Assembly (NCBI GenBank): GCA_021817905.1
Contig: JAKAFM010000002.1
Span: forward strand, 3,807-67,806
Reading direction: 5' to 3'
Length of the DNA: 64,000 bases
Source of the DNA: a bacterium
GTDB lineage: Bacteria; Patescibacteriota; Microgenomatia; UBA12405
Positions 20,965-30,905 of this stretch are shown here, piece after piece; the first letter of the stretch is position 1, and the number at the start of each line of letters is the position of its first letter. The notes below the pieces were generated by a model. It was not told where the DNA came from. It searched no databases and saw only the letters and a program-made list of their open reading frames with translations. The translations under genes were made by a program, and so were the position numbers.

Positions 20965-21671
20965 TGGTGGTTAAGTTTAGATTTTAGGGTAAGGAGATCT
21001 TTTAATCCGGCAAGAACCACATTTAAGTTACTGCCGGTAGCTTTACCTCCCTGTCGTTCGTAATGATGGACTCCGATCTCAACAATCTTAAAACCTTTGT
21101 TTTTGGCTTTAATTAAAAATTCACTGCTGATGAATGGCCCCCTTTCGGCTTCCAAAGGAGGAATAGTATTGACCACCTTTTTATTTATTAGCTTAAAACC
21201 ACAATCAATATCTTTTACTTTTAGTCCGTATAGTAAGAATACGGCAATTTGCCAGATGGTAGAACCTAGTATACGATTAAATGGAACTTGGCGTTTTATA
21301 TAGTAACCAATAACAAGATCAGCCTTGGTTTCCTTTTGCTTATTAATAAAGTGAATGAGCTCCTCAAAATCAAATTGACCATCGGCATCTGTGAAAGCTA
21401 TCCATTGATATTGAGAAGCATATAAACCGCTTTTAAATGCAGCTCCATAACCTCGGTTTGCCGGATGAGTGATAATCTTAATATTTAAGGGGTACTTTTT
21501 TTTAAGTTTTAAGGCTATTTTGCCGGTGCCATCTTTTGAACCATCATTAACAATAATTACTTCCCATTTGGTGGCATTATTTTTGATAATTGGAATAGCT
21601 TTGGTGACCGTGTTTTCAATATTAGCTTCTTCGTTGTAACAAGGGAAAAAGACGGATAATTCGTTGATCAT
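20961..21671 (-). CDS. GT2 polyprenol-phosphate glycosyltransferase (DPM1-like)
   Basis: 'SVFFPCYNEE', 'NDGSKD', 'NRGYG', 'FTDADGQF', 'DIDCGFK'. Confidence 0.9.
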   Translation of the reverse strand: MINELSVFFPCYNEEANIENTVTKAIPIIKNNATKWEVIIVNDGSKDGTGKIALKLKKKYPLNIKIITHPANRGYGAAFKSGLYASQYQWIAFTDADGQFDFEELIHFINKQKETKADLVIGYYIKRQVPFNRILGSTIWQIAVFLLYGLKVKDIDCGFKLINKKVVNTIPPLEAERGPFISSEFLIKAKNKGFKIVEIGVHHYERQGGKATGSNLNVVLAGLKDLLTLKSKLNHQ

Positions 21672-21699
21672 AAGACACTTATTATAACCATAGCTTTAG

Positions 21700-21728
21700 T
21701 TGACAAACAAGATGTTGGAAGGTATAAT
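21700..21728 (+). promoter_or_regulatory. consensus sigma70 promoter for 21756..22340
   Basis: TTGACA (21700-21705), 17 nt spacer, TATAAT (21723-21728). Confidence 0.8.
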
Positions 21729-21755
21729 ACCCTGTAATATTTATTATAAGAACTT

Positions 21756-22340
21756 ATGAAATACATCTTGACCACACTAATGGCAGTGTTCTTTTTTTTG
21801 ATGCCTAAGATGGCTTTTGCACAGTATTATTCACAAGGATCAAATAATTATTCAATTGTTATTGATAAAAAAGTTAAAAGTGGTTCAATGTCTACTTTTT
21901 TGGACAATATTCCGGCTTCAACTTTCGTGTTTCAGGATGGTGGAACCATTGAATTTTCTGTTTTAGTTCAAAATAGCGGTAATCAGGATTTGACTTCTAT
22001 AACGGTTAAAGATATTTTGCCTGCTAATTTGAGCTTACAATATTATCCTGGTACGCTCTATAATAATACCCTTACTTGGAATATTGACCGTTTATCACCT
22101 GGTGAACAGAGAGTTTTTAGTATCCGGGCTTTAATTAAAGTTAATGATAGTGTCGGTAAACAAGTTAATTATGTTGAAGCATCAGCAAACGGTGTTAGTG
22201 ATAATGATAGTACTGTCTATTATATTGAAAAAGCAAAGGTGCCTGTCACTGGATCAAATGATTTAGTAATCAAAACCGTAGTAGTACTAATGTTTGTAAG
22301 TGGTGGTTTAGTACTCCGTAAAGTTGCCCGAGGCTACTAA
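21756..22340 (+). CDS. secreted DUF11/Ig-like protein with LPxTG-like sorting signal (VPVTG)
   Basis: Signal peptide ending 'AFA', DUF11-like 'V.NSG..DL..ITVKDILP', C-terminal VPVTG + hydrophobic helix + 'RKVARGY'. Confidence 0.8.
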   Translation: MKYILTTLMAVFFFLMPKMAFAQYYSQGSNNYSIVIDKKVKSGSMSTFLDNIPASTFVFQDGGTIEFSVLVQNSGNQDLTSITVKDILPANLSLQYYPGTLYNNTLTWNIDRLSPGEQRVFSIRALIKVNDSVGKQVNYVEASANGVSDNDSTVYYIEKAKVPVTGSNDLVIKTVVVLMFVSGGLVLRKVARGY

Positions 22341-23521
22341 TAGTTTACATGAAGGTAATACGTAGTTATTTTGGTGATTTCATCGATAACTTTTACGTAT
22401 TGTAAAGTACAATTCTCACTTGAGATAGTAATTTTCCCTCTATATAGATTTCCATTTTGAGTTGAAAGTACACTATGGTCGGCGCTTGAAATATCAATGC
22501 CGTTATGGAAACTATAGATATTGCTGACCCAGGTGTGGCTAGTTGACCAAGTTTTACCGTAACCTTGATTAAAATCGATAGGACCATTCAGTGGCCAATT
22601 CCAGTTACCACTGGGGTTGAATGTATCTCCGTGAGAATAATCGGTATGTTGAATATCTTTTAAATAATTAAATGGATTTTGAACTGAGCCATCCGAGGAT
22701 TGAACCGTAAAATGGAGGTGGGTTCCACTTGATGAACATGATGAACCTTCGATCATGGTGGCAATCAGTGAACCGCTAGTAACTGTACCGACTTTAGTTT
22801 CGGTTCCATTTCCGGCAAGAATTGACTGAATAGCTGCCAGTTCAGCACGTGCTTGAGATAGCAATTGTTGATATTTTAATTCGTTACTTTTAGTTGCAAT
22901 TAGCAGCTGGTTTTTTGTTTCAATTTGCCGATCTAGTGTTGTTTTCTGATCAGATAATTGATTTTGGAAGTTAATAAGATCTTCTTGGCGTTGTTTTTTA
23001 ATTTGTTTTTGGTTATCAGTGGCTGTTCTGGTTGTTTCTAAGGAAATAAGCAAGTCGCGATCATATTGTTGGAGTTGTCTGGTATAGCGTATTGTATGAT
23101 AATAATAATTAAAATTATTACTGCCTAAAAATAAGGCAAGTGGGGACAATTTGGGAATTTTATAATTTTCAATTGCCCTTTGAGTGAAGATTTTTGCAGT
23201 AGTATTGAGGTTAATGTCAAGATGGGCGATTTGGTGATCTAGCTGACTTATTTCGTCTTGAAGAGAACTTATAGTGTTGGTTGTTTGGCTTATTTTTAGA
23301 TTAGTTAAATCAATCTGAGCAGTTAAGAGACTTATCTGGTTTGCTAAGGTATTTTTTGCCGAAGCAAGACCCGAAAGAATCTGGGTATATTGGTCAATTT
23401 TTGATTGAATTTCCTGAGAAGATGACGGTGATTGAGCACGGACTAGCTTTGGCTGATATATGTATAGGAACATACAGCCAATAATAAGGGGCAGCAACAA
23501 ATGCGATTGTTGCGTTTTCAT
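22337..23521 (-). CDS. coiled-coil murein hydrolase (EnvC/CwlO-like scaffold) with circularly permuted M23 domain
   Basis: N-terminal hydrophobic segment, long coiled coil, then HLHF...NPFNYL before WP..G...HNGID...YYLH; directly downstream of ftsX. Confidence 0.8.
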   Translation of the reverse strand: MKTQQSHLLLPLIIGCMFLYIYQPKLVRAQSPSSSQEIQSKIDQYTQILSGLASAKNTLANQISLLTAQIDLTNLKISQTTNTISSLQDEISQLDHQIAHLDINLNTTAKIFTQRAIENYKIPKLSPLALFLGSNNFNYYYHTIRYTRQLQQYDRDLLISLETTRTATDNQKQIKKQRQEDLINFQNQLSDQKTTLDRQIETKNQLLIATKSNELKYQQLLSQARAELAAIQSILAGNGTETKVGTVTSGSLIATMIEGSSCSSSGTHLHFTVQSSDGSVQNPFNYLKDIQHTDYSHGDTFNPSGNWNWPLNGPIDFNQGYGKTWSTSHTWVSNIYSFHNGIDISSADHSVLSTQNGNLYRGKITISSENCTLQYVKVIDEITKITTYYLHVNY

Positions 23522-24394
23522 TTAAAACTTAATAAGACGTTTGACTCCTGTCCAACTTGCAAATAACCCAACAAAAATTGCACCGGCTAGCTCAACAGCC
23601 AATGTCTTGGCAAGATAGATAAAATCAAAACTAAAAAAATTAACCGGTGTAAAAAAAGTATTAATTTTGTTGCGGGTGAAATAGAAAATAGCGCCGCTTA
23701 TGAGTGAACCAAGAACCATGCCTATTATGCCGTAAAACAAGCCTTCGAGTAAAAAGGGACGATTGACATACCAATTGGAAGCACCGAGTAGCCGACTAAC
23801 TCTGATTTCTTCTTTTCGATTAGTAATTTTCATTGTAATTACCGTAAATATGAATAGAAATGATACAAAACCTAAAACGGAGATAATGACTAATCCAACT
23901 TTGCGAATTGTGGTAGTCCAGGTTAGTAATGAGTCCACAACATCTTTTTGATATACAATTTCATCAATTTGGGTTTTTCTATTGGCAAAATTTTGGGAAA
24001 TTAATTCAAGTGTTTTTGGGTCATAGGCAGAAACCTCAAAAGATGCGGGTAAAATATTGGCATTTACCATTTCAAGTAGCAGTGGATTGTCTTTGTTTTG
24101 ATCGCGGTAAATTGAAAGTGCCTCATCTTTTGATATAAATTTGATAGATTTAATATTGGGATATTGGCTTATTTCTTTTTCTATACCCTCAACGGTAGGT
24201 TTATCGAGACCATCTTTTAGAAATAAAGTAATTTCCGGTTTGTTTTCGAAATAGTGGAGTACTTGAGAAAGTCCATTACTGACAATAATAAAGGAAGTAA
24301 GGACAAAAAAACTAAGCGTCATGATAAATATAGCGCCTATACTCTGAAACGGTGAACGACGGACGTGGTGCCAGGTAGTAGATAATACGTTCAT
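23522..24394 (-). CDS. ftsX: cell division permease FtsX
   Basis: 4 TMs, 'FISKDEAL', 'NILPASFEV', 'RKEEI..LLGAS..V..PFLLEG'; next to ftsE. Confidence 0.92.
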   Translation of the reverse strand: MNVLSTTWHHVRRSPFQSIGAIFIMTLSFFVLTSFIIVSNGLSQVLHYFENKPEITLFLKDGLDKPTVEGIEKEISQYPNIKSIKFISKDEALSIYRDQNKDNPLLLEMVNANILPASFEVSAYDPKTLELISQNFANRKTQIDEIVYQKDVVDSLLTWTTTIRKVGLVIISVLGFVSFLFIFTVITMKITNRKEEIRVSRLLGASNWYVNRPFLLEGLFYGIIGMVLGSLISGAIFYFTRNKINTFFTPVNFFSFDFIYLAKTLAVELAGAIFVGLFASWTGVKRLIKF

Positions 24395-24402
24395 ATTTTA
24401 TT

Positions 24403-25134
24403 TTATTTTTTATGTTTGATAATTTTTTTCTTTTTGACTGGTTCTGATGATGCGGTTGGGGTGGTCTTTGACGGCTCATCTTTAGTTATAGTTCCGTTTT
24501 CAATAGTGATTATTCGTTTATTGAGGGAATTGATAATGTCATAGTTGTGTGTAGTCATGATAATAGTCGTATGGTTGGCTTGATTAATTTCCTTTAATAA
24601 TTTTATAAGATTCCATGAATTTTCTGGGTCCAAATTACCCGTCGGTTCATCGGCAAGAATTATCTGAGGATTGATAACAAGTGCCCTAGCAAGGGCGGTT
24701 CTTTGCAGTTCACCTCCTGAAAGCTGAGCTGGAAAAAGATAGCGACGGTGTTGAAGTCCAACCTGAGTAAGCACTTCCTCAATTAAATTTTTTGCCTGTT
24801 TACTTGGGTAATTTATGATATCTAAAGCTAAGGCAATATTTTCTTCAACTGTTTTATCGGGGATAAGTTGATAGTCCTGAAAGATGACACCAATATTTTT
24901 ACGTATCTTTTCAAATACGGATCGCTTTTTTTGAGTATAATTGGTTTCACCGATAATAACTTCGCCAGCTGATGGTTTTACTTGGTTTAACATTATTTTT
25001 AAAATCGTTGACTTGCCTGCACCTGAGGGTCCGACTAAAAAGACAAAATCACCCTGTTCAACTTCAAAATTGATATCTTTAAGGGCAATAATTGGACCAA
25101 AGTGTTTGGATACCTTGGAAAATACAATTTTCAT
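24403..25134 (-). CDS. ftsE: cell division ATP-binding protein FtsE
   Basis: Walker A GPSGAGKST, 'IGVIFQDY', 'LSGGE', 'ILADEPTGNLD'. Start moved to ATG 25134 (MKIVF). Confidence 0.92.
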   Translation of the reverse strand: MKIVFSKVSKHFGPIIALKDINFEVEQGDFVFLVGPSGAGKSTILKIMLNQVKPSAGEVIIGETNYTQKKRSVFEKIRKNIGVIFQDYQLIPDKTVEENIALALDIINYPSKQAKNLIEEVLTQVGLQHRRYLFPAQLSGGELQRTALARALVINPQIILADEPTGNLDPENSWNLIKLLKEINQANHTTIIMTTHNYDIINSLNKRIITIENGTITKDEPSKTTPTASSEPVKKKKIIKHKK

Positions 25135-25136
25135 AA

Positions 25137-25610
25137 TTATTCGAGAACTTTTAGCCATCCCACATCAAGAAGCCATGCTGTTTTTTTGGAGGCATTGGTT
25201 TGGCCTTTAATTTCAACTTTTCGACCTACAAAGAGGTCTAGATCAATAACTGATGAGGTCAGAGAGGCACGTTGGGAAGGTCCACCATCTCGGTTTAGAA
25301 TGTGAGTGCCTTCTCCGTTGATGCTGCCTTTTTCAATGGTACCAGTTGCAGAATCAGAAAAGGCGGTATTGGTGTCTCCAAATATCTGACCAACTTTTAT
25401 ATCGGAGGCGTTCTTGATATCTTCACCTGGTATTGGACTAACGTCGCCGGAGGAAGAAGATGATAAAGAAGTAGATTTTATCGGAAAAAGTTTAGTTGCT
25501 CCAAAACCAAGGCCGATGGCAATAATTATTATTAGACCTAAAATCGGGAATGAAATTTTACTAGGGGTGGTTACTGGGGTTGGGATTTGACTGAGATTTG
25601 GTATATCCAT
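25137..25610 (-). CDS. single-TM hypothetical protein with beta-rich C-terminal domain
   Basis: TM at residues ~20-40, Ser-rich linker, compact globular domain; TATACT box 5 nt before ATG. Confidence 0.7.
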   Translation of the reverse strand: MDIPNLSQIPTPVTTPSKISFPILGLIIIIAIGLGFGATKLFPIKSTSLSSSSSGDVSPIPGEDIKNASDIKVGQIFGDTNTAFSDSATGTIEKGSINGEGTHILNRDGGPSQRASLTSSVIDLDLFVGRKVEIKGQTNASKKTAWLLDVGWLKVLE

Positions 25611-25627
25611 GGTTCAGTATAACAAAT

Positions 25628-26701
25628 TTACCGTTTTAACTCAGCCTCGATAAATGGTAATAAATCTCCATCCAGAACACCGGAAGTATCTGAAGTTTCA
25701 TAACGAGTTCGAAGGTCTTTAACCATTTTATAGGGATGTAAGACATAAGATCGTATTTGGCGTCCCCACCCGGCAATCACATTGTCGCCTTTAATTTCCT
25801 TTTGGACTCCGAGTCTTTTTTCCTCTTCCAAGGCCCACAATTTAGCGTAAAGCATGTCCATAGCTACCAGTCGATTCTGATCTTGAGAACGCTGACTCTG
25901 ACAGGAAACTGTGATTCCAGTCGGCTTGTGAGTCAAACGGACGGCAGTGGACACTTTGTTTACGTTTTGACCTCCGTGTCCTCCGGCACGATAGGCAGCA
26001 AACTCAATATCTTCAGGTTTAACTTCAATATCGGCATCATTATTAAATACAGGAGTGACTTCAACTTTAGCAAACGATGTTTGACGTAGCTTATCAGCAT
26101 TAAAAGGTGATAGTCGTACAAGTCGATGGGTTCCAGCCTCATGACGCATGAATCCGTAAACGTTGTTTCCTTTTACTTTAAAATATACCGATTTAATACC
26201 TGCTTCGTCGCCGGGTGTGTAGTCAATAACCTCACAGTTCCATCCACTTTTTTCAAAAAAACGCTGGTACATGCGTTGAAGCATTGCCGCCCAATCCATT
26301 GCTTCAGTCCCCCCTTGTCCAGCATGGATTGAAACGAAGGCATCGTGATGATCATATTTGCCGGAAAGATAAGCTTGTAGTTCTAAACTGCTTAAATCCT
26401 GATTAAGTTTTAGAAGGTGCAATTGCAGTTCGGTGACAAGTTGATCGTCGTTAGTTGTGGCTAATAATTCAGATATTTCAGTTAGATTTTTTATTTCAGT
26501 ATCAAGTTGGTCAAGTAAGGTGACTGTTTGGGTAATGTCTCCGAGGCGTTTCATAAGAGCTTGGGCGTTTGTTTGATTATCCCAAAGCGTAGGAGATTCT
26601 GATTGTTTACGAAGCGTATCAATTTCTTGTTTTAACTGATTGTAATTTAACTTAGATTTGAGAAGCGTTAGCTTTGATGCAGCTTTCGATAGTTCAGACA
26701 T
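25628..26701 (-). CDS. prfB: peptide chain release factor 2 (no programmed frameshift)
   Basis: SPF tripeptide ('RLSPFN'), '[10 protein letters not shown]', 'GGTEAMDW', '[10 protein letters not shown]'; one continuous ORF. Confidence 0.97.
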   Translation of the reverse strand: MSELSKAASKLTLLKSKLNYNQLKQEIDTLRKQSESPTLWDNQTNAQALMKRLGDITQTVTLLDQLDTEIKNLTEISELLATTNDDQLVTELQLHLLKLNQDLSSLELQAYLSGKYDHHDAFVSIHAGQGGTEAMDWAAMLQRMYQRFFEKSGWNCEVIDYTPGDEAGIKSVYFKVKGNNVYGFMRHEAGTHRLVRLSPFNADKLRQTSFAKVEVTPVFNNDADIEVKPEDIEFAAYRAGGHGGQNVNKVSTAVRLTHKPTGITVSCQSQRSQDQNRLVAMDMLYAKLWALEEEKRLGVQKEIKGDNVIAGWGRQIRSYVLHPYKMVKDLRTRYETSDTSGVLDGDLLPFIEAELKR

Positions 26702-26702
26702 A

Positions 26703-27071
26703 TTATTTTTTTTCGATACTTTTAAGTATATTCTGATAGATTTGGGTAATTATATCTTTTTTAAATTCGATTATTTTTTGTTCTATAAATTGTGGAATTT
26801 TACCTGAAAATTGACCGGAATTACTAAGTATTTGGTTTAATTGCTCTTTTTGAGCAGGAGGAATATGACTAATAATTTGATCGATGGCTGTTTTTATATT
26901 GGGAGGGAGTTGAGTTGATGAAGTTACTCCTAATATTGTTGATGGATCAATGGTAGTTTTATTTTTGCTTAAATAGTTAATAGCACTATAGCAAAGTAAT
27001 CCAAAAATAATCAGACGAACAAAGTGACCAAAACCGAACTGAAATTCAGAGTTTTTTTTACGACGAGACAC
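26703..27071 (-). CDS. single-TM hypothetical protein
   Basis: GTG start preceded by TACAAT; one TM then a helical domain; abuts prfB. Confidence 0.65.
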   Translation of the reverse strand: MSRRKKNSEFQFGFGHFVRLIIFGLLCYSAINYLSKNKTTIDPSTILGVTSSTQLPPNIKTAIDQIISHIPPAQKEQLNQILSNSGQFSGKIPQFIEQKIIEFKKDIITQIYQNILKSIEKK

Positions 27072-27097
27072 AATTTATTGTAGCAAGAAAAGATTAT

Positions 27098-27691
27098 TTA
27101 CTTGGTATTTTGAGTAATTTCGATTATTTTGTCGCCTTGTTGGATGGCATCCAAAACATCAAAGCCACTAATTACTTCCCCAAAATTAACATAATCTCCC
27201 GTAAGCTGTTGACACTGTTCTGTTGTAAAGCAAATAAAGAACTGACTGTCATTGCTATATTCTTTGGTGTCGGGAGTTCGGGCAAGACCAATACTTCCTC
27301 TCTTAAATGGAATCGAATTGAGTTCTGATTTTTCTCGACCACCGCCCGTGCCCGTTCCGGTTGGATCACCACCTTGCGCCATAAATCCGGCAATTACTCG
27401 ATGAAAAGTTAGATTATTATAAAAGCCTGAAGCTGCTTTAGTAAGAAATATTTTAACGGTATTTGGAGCTTTATCTTGGTAAAGCCTAAGGACAATTTGT
27501 CCGTTCTTAGTTTTGATGGCAACTATGGGATTATGATCCGTGTTGGTAATTTTTTGAGCGGGAATGTTTGTGATAGTAACGCTTGTGACAGGGGTGGTTG
27601 GAGTAGGAGTAGGGGTAGATGTTTTAGTCGGGAAAAGACTGCAGGCTGATAAAAGTGCGATTGAGAGCGTTAAATAGATGATCTTTTTCAT
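27098..27691 (-). CDS. cyclophilin-type peptidyl-prolyl isomerase, lipoprotein
   Basis: Lipobox 'LLSAC', Thr/Pro linker, 'FHRVIAGFMAQGGDP', 'SQFFIC'. Confidence 0.92.
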   Translation of the reverse strand: MKKIIYLTLSIALLSACSLFPTKTSTPTPTPTTPVTSVTITNIPAQKITNTDHNPIVAIKTKNGQIVLRLYQDKAPNTVKIFLTKAASGFYNNLTFHRVIAGFMAQGGDPTGTGTGGGREKSELNSIPFKRGSIGLARTPDTKEYSNDSQFFICFTTEQCQQLTGDYVNFGEVISGFDVLDAIQQGDKIIEITQNTK

Positions 27692-27697
27692 GGTAAA

Positions 27698-28447
27698 TTA
27701 TAGCATTTTTTCTAAAATAAGTACTTTTTTTGGACCATTGTTGATGTTTTCTTTGTGAAGATCTGGTGGAAAATCATGAATACTATCCATCAGAAGTTGG
27801 TATGAATATATAAAGTAAGCGCCGTGTCTGGTACCGACATCGTGAACTGTAAATTTTTGGATTGTGTCATCATAGCCAAGAAGGACAATATTATGGTAAT
27901 AGGGTCCAAAATTATTAAAATTATGATTTTCAAGATAGAGAATTTTTCCATTGGCAGGAATAATAATTGGAAGATCGCGACTAAGATAACTTTTTAGTTC
28001 TTCGATGGTCGGATCGGAGATGATAATTGGCTTTAATTTTAGGGATTTTTGAGCGATTAAACCCATTTGTTCGATTGAAATGTCGGCTCCAAACCCGTTA
28101 TTGTTTTCATATTCAATAAGTTGTTCCAAAGCTGTTTTGATTTCTTTGGTCGTTACTATGGCTGGATTATGGTAATAGTAGACAGTAAGAAGTGCAGCTT
28201 CTTCACAGGTGTCTTGCCAGGGCTCATTCCATTTATTTTCCGGTGCTTGCGGGACAAACATAGTATTTATAAGATGGCTTGGTGGCAATGTTGGCGTTGG
28301 AATAGGCGCTAAGGTAGAAACAATCGGAGTATTTATTGCCGGTAATTGAGATGAAATTATTGATTGAGAGTGATCTCTTGTAAAGTAAAAAGTGCCGACG
28401 GTTATGATAATAAGCAAGGTTGTGCCAATATATAGACCTTTTCTCAT
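27698..28447 (-). CDS. membrane-anchored C39-like (papain-fold) peptidase
   Basis: 'FVPQAP..W..PWQDTCEEAA', 'YHNIVLLGYD', 'HDVG'. Start moved to ATG 28447 (MRKGLY). Confidence 0.75.
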   Translation of the reverse strand: MRKGLYIGTTLLIIITVGTFYFTRDHSQSIISSQLPAINTPIVSTLAPIPTPTLPPSHLINTMFVPQAPENKWNEPWQDTCEEAALLTVYYYHNPAIVTTKEIKTALEQLIEYENNNGFGADISIEQMGLIAQKSLKLKPIIISDPTIEELKSYLSRDLPIIIPANGKILYLENHNFNNFGPYYHNIVLLGYDDTIQKFTVHDVGTRHGAYFIYSYQLLMDSIHDFPPDLHKENINNGPKKVLILEKML

Positions 28448-28468
28448 ATTATATTGTATAATACTCGA

Positions 28469-30310
28469 ATGCCTCAAATCTCGGATATTCGTAATATTGC
28501 TGTTATTGCTCATGTAGATCATGGGAAGACAACTCTGGTCGACGCACTATTGAAACAAACTCATACTTTTCGAGAAAATCAGGATGAAATGAAGATGGAT
28601 CGAATCATGGATAGTAATGACCTTGAGCGAGAAAAAGGGATTACTATTTTGTCTAAAAATACTTCTGTTTTTTATAAAGATACAAAAATTAATATTATTG
28701 ATACTCCCGGACACGCTGACTTTGGAGGCGAAGTGGAAAGGGTGCTTAATATGGCAGATGGGGCCTTACTGATTGTTGATGCTGCCGAAGGTCCATTATC
28801 CCAAACAAAATTTGTACTTAAAAGAGCACTTGATTATAAACTTAAGGTTATTTTGGTAATTAACAAGATTGATCGTAAAGATGCTCGAGTAAAGGAAGTG
28901 TTGGCTGACACAGAAAATTTATTTTTAAATTTGGTTGATGATCCGGAATTACTCAATTTCCCTGTAATATACGCAATCGGTAAGGATGGTAAGACTTATA
29001 ACGAAATGCCTGATGATTTTAGTCAACCGGCTGACACCTCGGCCTTATTTGATGCAATTATTGACCATATACCCAGTGCCCGAAAAAATCCTGATAAACC
29101 ATTTCAGATGCTTGTCTCATCGTTTGAAAATAACGAATATTTGGGCAGATTAGCTTTAGGACGGATTAATCAGGGAAAGATTAAGAAAGGAGAATATATA
29201 TCATTAGTAAAACCCGACCAAAGTGTGATCGCAAATTACAAAGTGGAACGTTTGTATGTTAACGAAGGAATGAGCAAACAAGAAACGGTAGTGGCTGAAT
29301 CAGGAGATATAGCTTATTTATCAGGAATTCCAGAAATTGAGATTGGTCTAACACTTACGAGTCCCCAATTTCAGGTAGCGTTGCCAACAATTGAGGTTGC
29401 CGAACCTACTTTAAAGGCTAGTTTTGGACCTAATACTTCAGTATTTGCCCGGGATGAATCAAAGTTTCTGACTTCACGAGAACTTAAAGAACGTCTTCAT
29501 GAAGAGGTGGAGACAAATTTAGGACTAAAGATAGAAGATGATCCTGAGGATAGTATTAGAGTACTTGTTTCAGGTCGTGGAGAACTACATTTGGCTATAT
29601 TAATCGAAAAACTTCGTCGTGAAGGCTACGCAATGGAAGTAGGTAAGCCAGAAGTAATTCTTAAAACAATTGAAGGAAAAGTTTGCGAGCCTTATTCCGA
29701 ACTGACTATTTTAACAAACGAAGAGTACGTGGGGGTGGTAACTGCAGAACTTGGTAAACGAAAGGCGCAGATGTCAGACATGGTAAATGATGATAAAGGT
29801 AATGTACGAATGGTTTATAAAATTAGTGAACGTAACGCTTTGGGATTGCGGAGTGTATTAATGACAGATACCAGAGGATCTGTTTCCTTAAACTATTTAT
29901 TTTTAGGTTATGAGCCAAAACAGGAAACAACAGAGAGGAGTCGTAACGGAGCTTTGATTGCCTCAGAATCAGGGAAGGCGTTATCTTTTGGATTAGATTT
30001 GGCACAAAAACGTGGAATTACTTTTGTAGAACCGACTGAAGGTGTCTACGAGGGCCAGATTGTGGGGTTACGACCGCTTGAGGGTGATCTTGAGGTAAAT
30101 GTTTGTAAGGGTAAACAACTAACTAATATGCGTTCTTCGGGAAACGATGATGCGATTATTTTGGCACCAGCTGTTAAATATAGTATTGAAGAGGCAATCG
30201 ACTTTATTAATAATGATGAATTGATTGATATAACTCCCAAAAATGTTCGTTTGCGAAAAAGATTTCTATCAAAGACTGATCGGGTTAGGGCGGAACGTAA
30301 AACGCACTAA
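28469..30310 (+). CDS. typA: translational GTPase TypA/BipA
   Basis: '[13 protein letters not shown]', '[14 protein letters not shown]', 'GRGELHL', '[10 protein letters not shown]'. Start ATG 28469. Confidence 0.97.
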   Translation: MPQISDIRNIAVIAHVDHGKTTLVDALLKQTHTFRENQDEMKMDRIMDSNDLEREKGITILSKNTSVFYKDTKINIIDTPGHADFGGEVERVLNMADGALLIVDAAEGPLSQTKFVLKRALDYKLKVILVINKIDRKDARVKEVLADTENLFLNLVDDPELLNFPVIYAIGKDGKTYNEMPDDFSQPADTSALFDAIIDHIPSARKNPDKPFQMLVSSFENNEYLGRLALGRINQGKIKKGEYISLVKPDQSVIANYKVERLYVNEGMSKQETVVAESGDIAYLSGIPEIEIGLTLTSPQFQVALPTIEVAEPTLKASFGPNTSVFARDESKFLTSRELKERLHEEVETNLGLKIEDDPEDSIRVLVSGRGELHLAILIEKLRREGYAMEVGKPEVILKTIEGKVCEPYSELTILTNEEYVGVVTAELGKRKAQMSDMVNDDKGNVRMVYKISERNALGLRSVLMTDTRGSVSLNYLFLGYEPKQETTERSRNGALIASESGKALSFGLDLAQKRGITFVEPTEGVYEGQIVGLRPLEGDLEVNVCKGKQLTNMRSSGNDDAIILAPAVKYSIEEAIDFINNDELIDITPKNVRLRKRFLSKTDRVRAERKTH

Positions 30311-30601
30311 TTCAACCTTATTTTCGACAAACTGGACTCCTTCTCTGTGTAATTTTTGTTTCTGCATTTCTGGCCCACCAAAAGCATAGGAGGCCGAGAG
30401 AGATCCATTGGCAAAAACAACACGGTGACAAGGAATATTAATGGGGTCATCGTTAAGATGGAGAGCCCGACCAACCAACCGTGGCGATTTTACTCGAGCT
30501 AGTTTAGCCACTTGACCATAGGTCATGACATATCCTGCTGGGATTTGACGGACAATTTTATAAATTAAACGATATTTACTTGAGACGAAATTGGTTAACA
30601 T
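30269..30601 (-). CDS. O6-methylguanine-DNA methyltransferase family protein (single domain)
   Basis: 'QIPAGYVMTYGQVA', 'RLVGRAL', active-site 'IPCHRVV'. Start uncertain; ATG 30601 chosen. Confidence 0.88.
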   Translation of the reverse strand: MLTNFVSSKYRLIYKIVRQIPAGYVMTYGQVAKLARVKSPRLVGRALHLNDDPINIPCHRVVFANGSLSASYAFGGPEMQKQKLHREGVQFVENKVELVRFTFRPNPISL

Positions 30602-30905
30602 CAATTGAGGGTGAAGGAATAATTTTTGACCAGTCAATACGACTCATTGATTCCTGAACAAATTTTGACGTAAATTGAACGAAATCAATCTTCAGAAGAC
30701 TAATCACGTACAGAATGGCAAAGGTAATGGCTAATGTTCCAAAGACTGTTCCCAGCGAATGAAATAAGCCGGCCATAAAATTATAAAGAGCAAACTTAAT
30801 GGGATTAGACGAATAAACAAAATAACGGTTGTTATTATTAGCTAATTGATCAAGCTTATGGTTGAGGAGTTTTAGTTCTTTAAGTGTTTCAAGTCTTGTT
30901 TTCAT
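30576..30905 (-). CDS. small membrane protein (DUF5665-like)
   Basis: 'YNFMAGLFHSLGTVFG' plus TM; ATGA overlap with the HIT gene. Confidence 0.6.
   Translation of the reverse strand: MKTRLETLKELKLLNHKLDQLANNNNRYFVYSSNPIKFALYNFMAGLFHSLGTVFGTLAITFAILYVISLLKIDFVQFTSKFVQESMSRIDWSKIIPSPSIDVNQFRLK

Noticed and set aside
30269-30310. 42-bp convergent overlap of typA and the MGMT gene as a regulatory feature
   Set aside because: Short 3' overlaps are common in compact genomes and the MGMT tail there is non-conserved.
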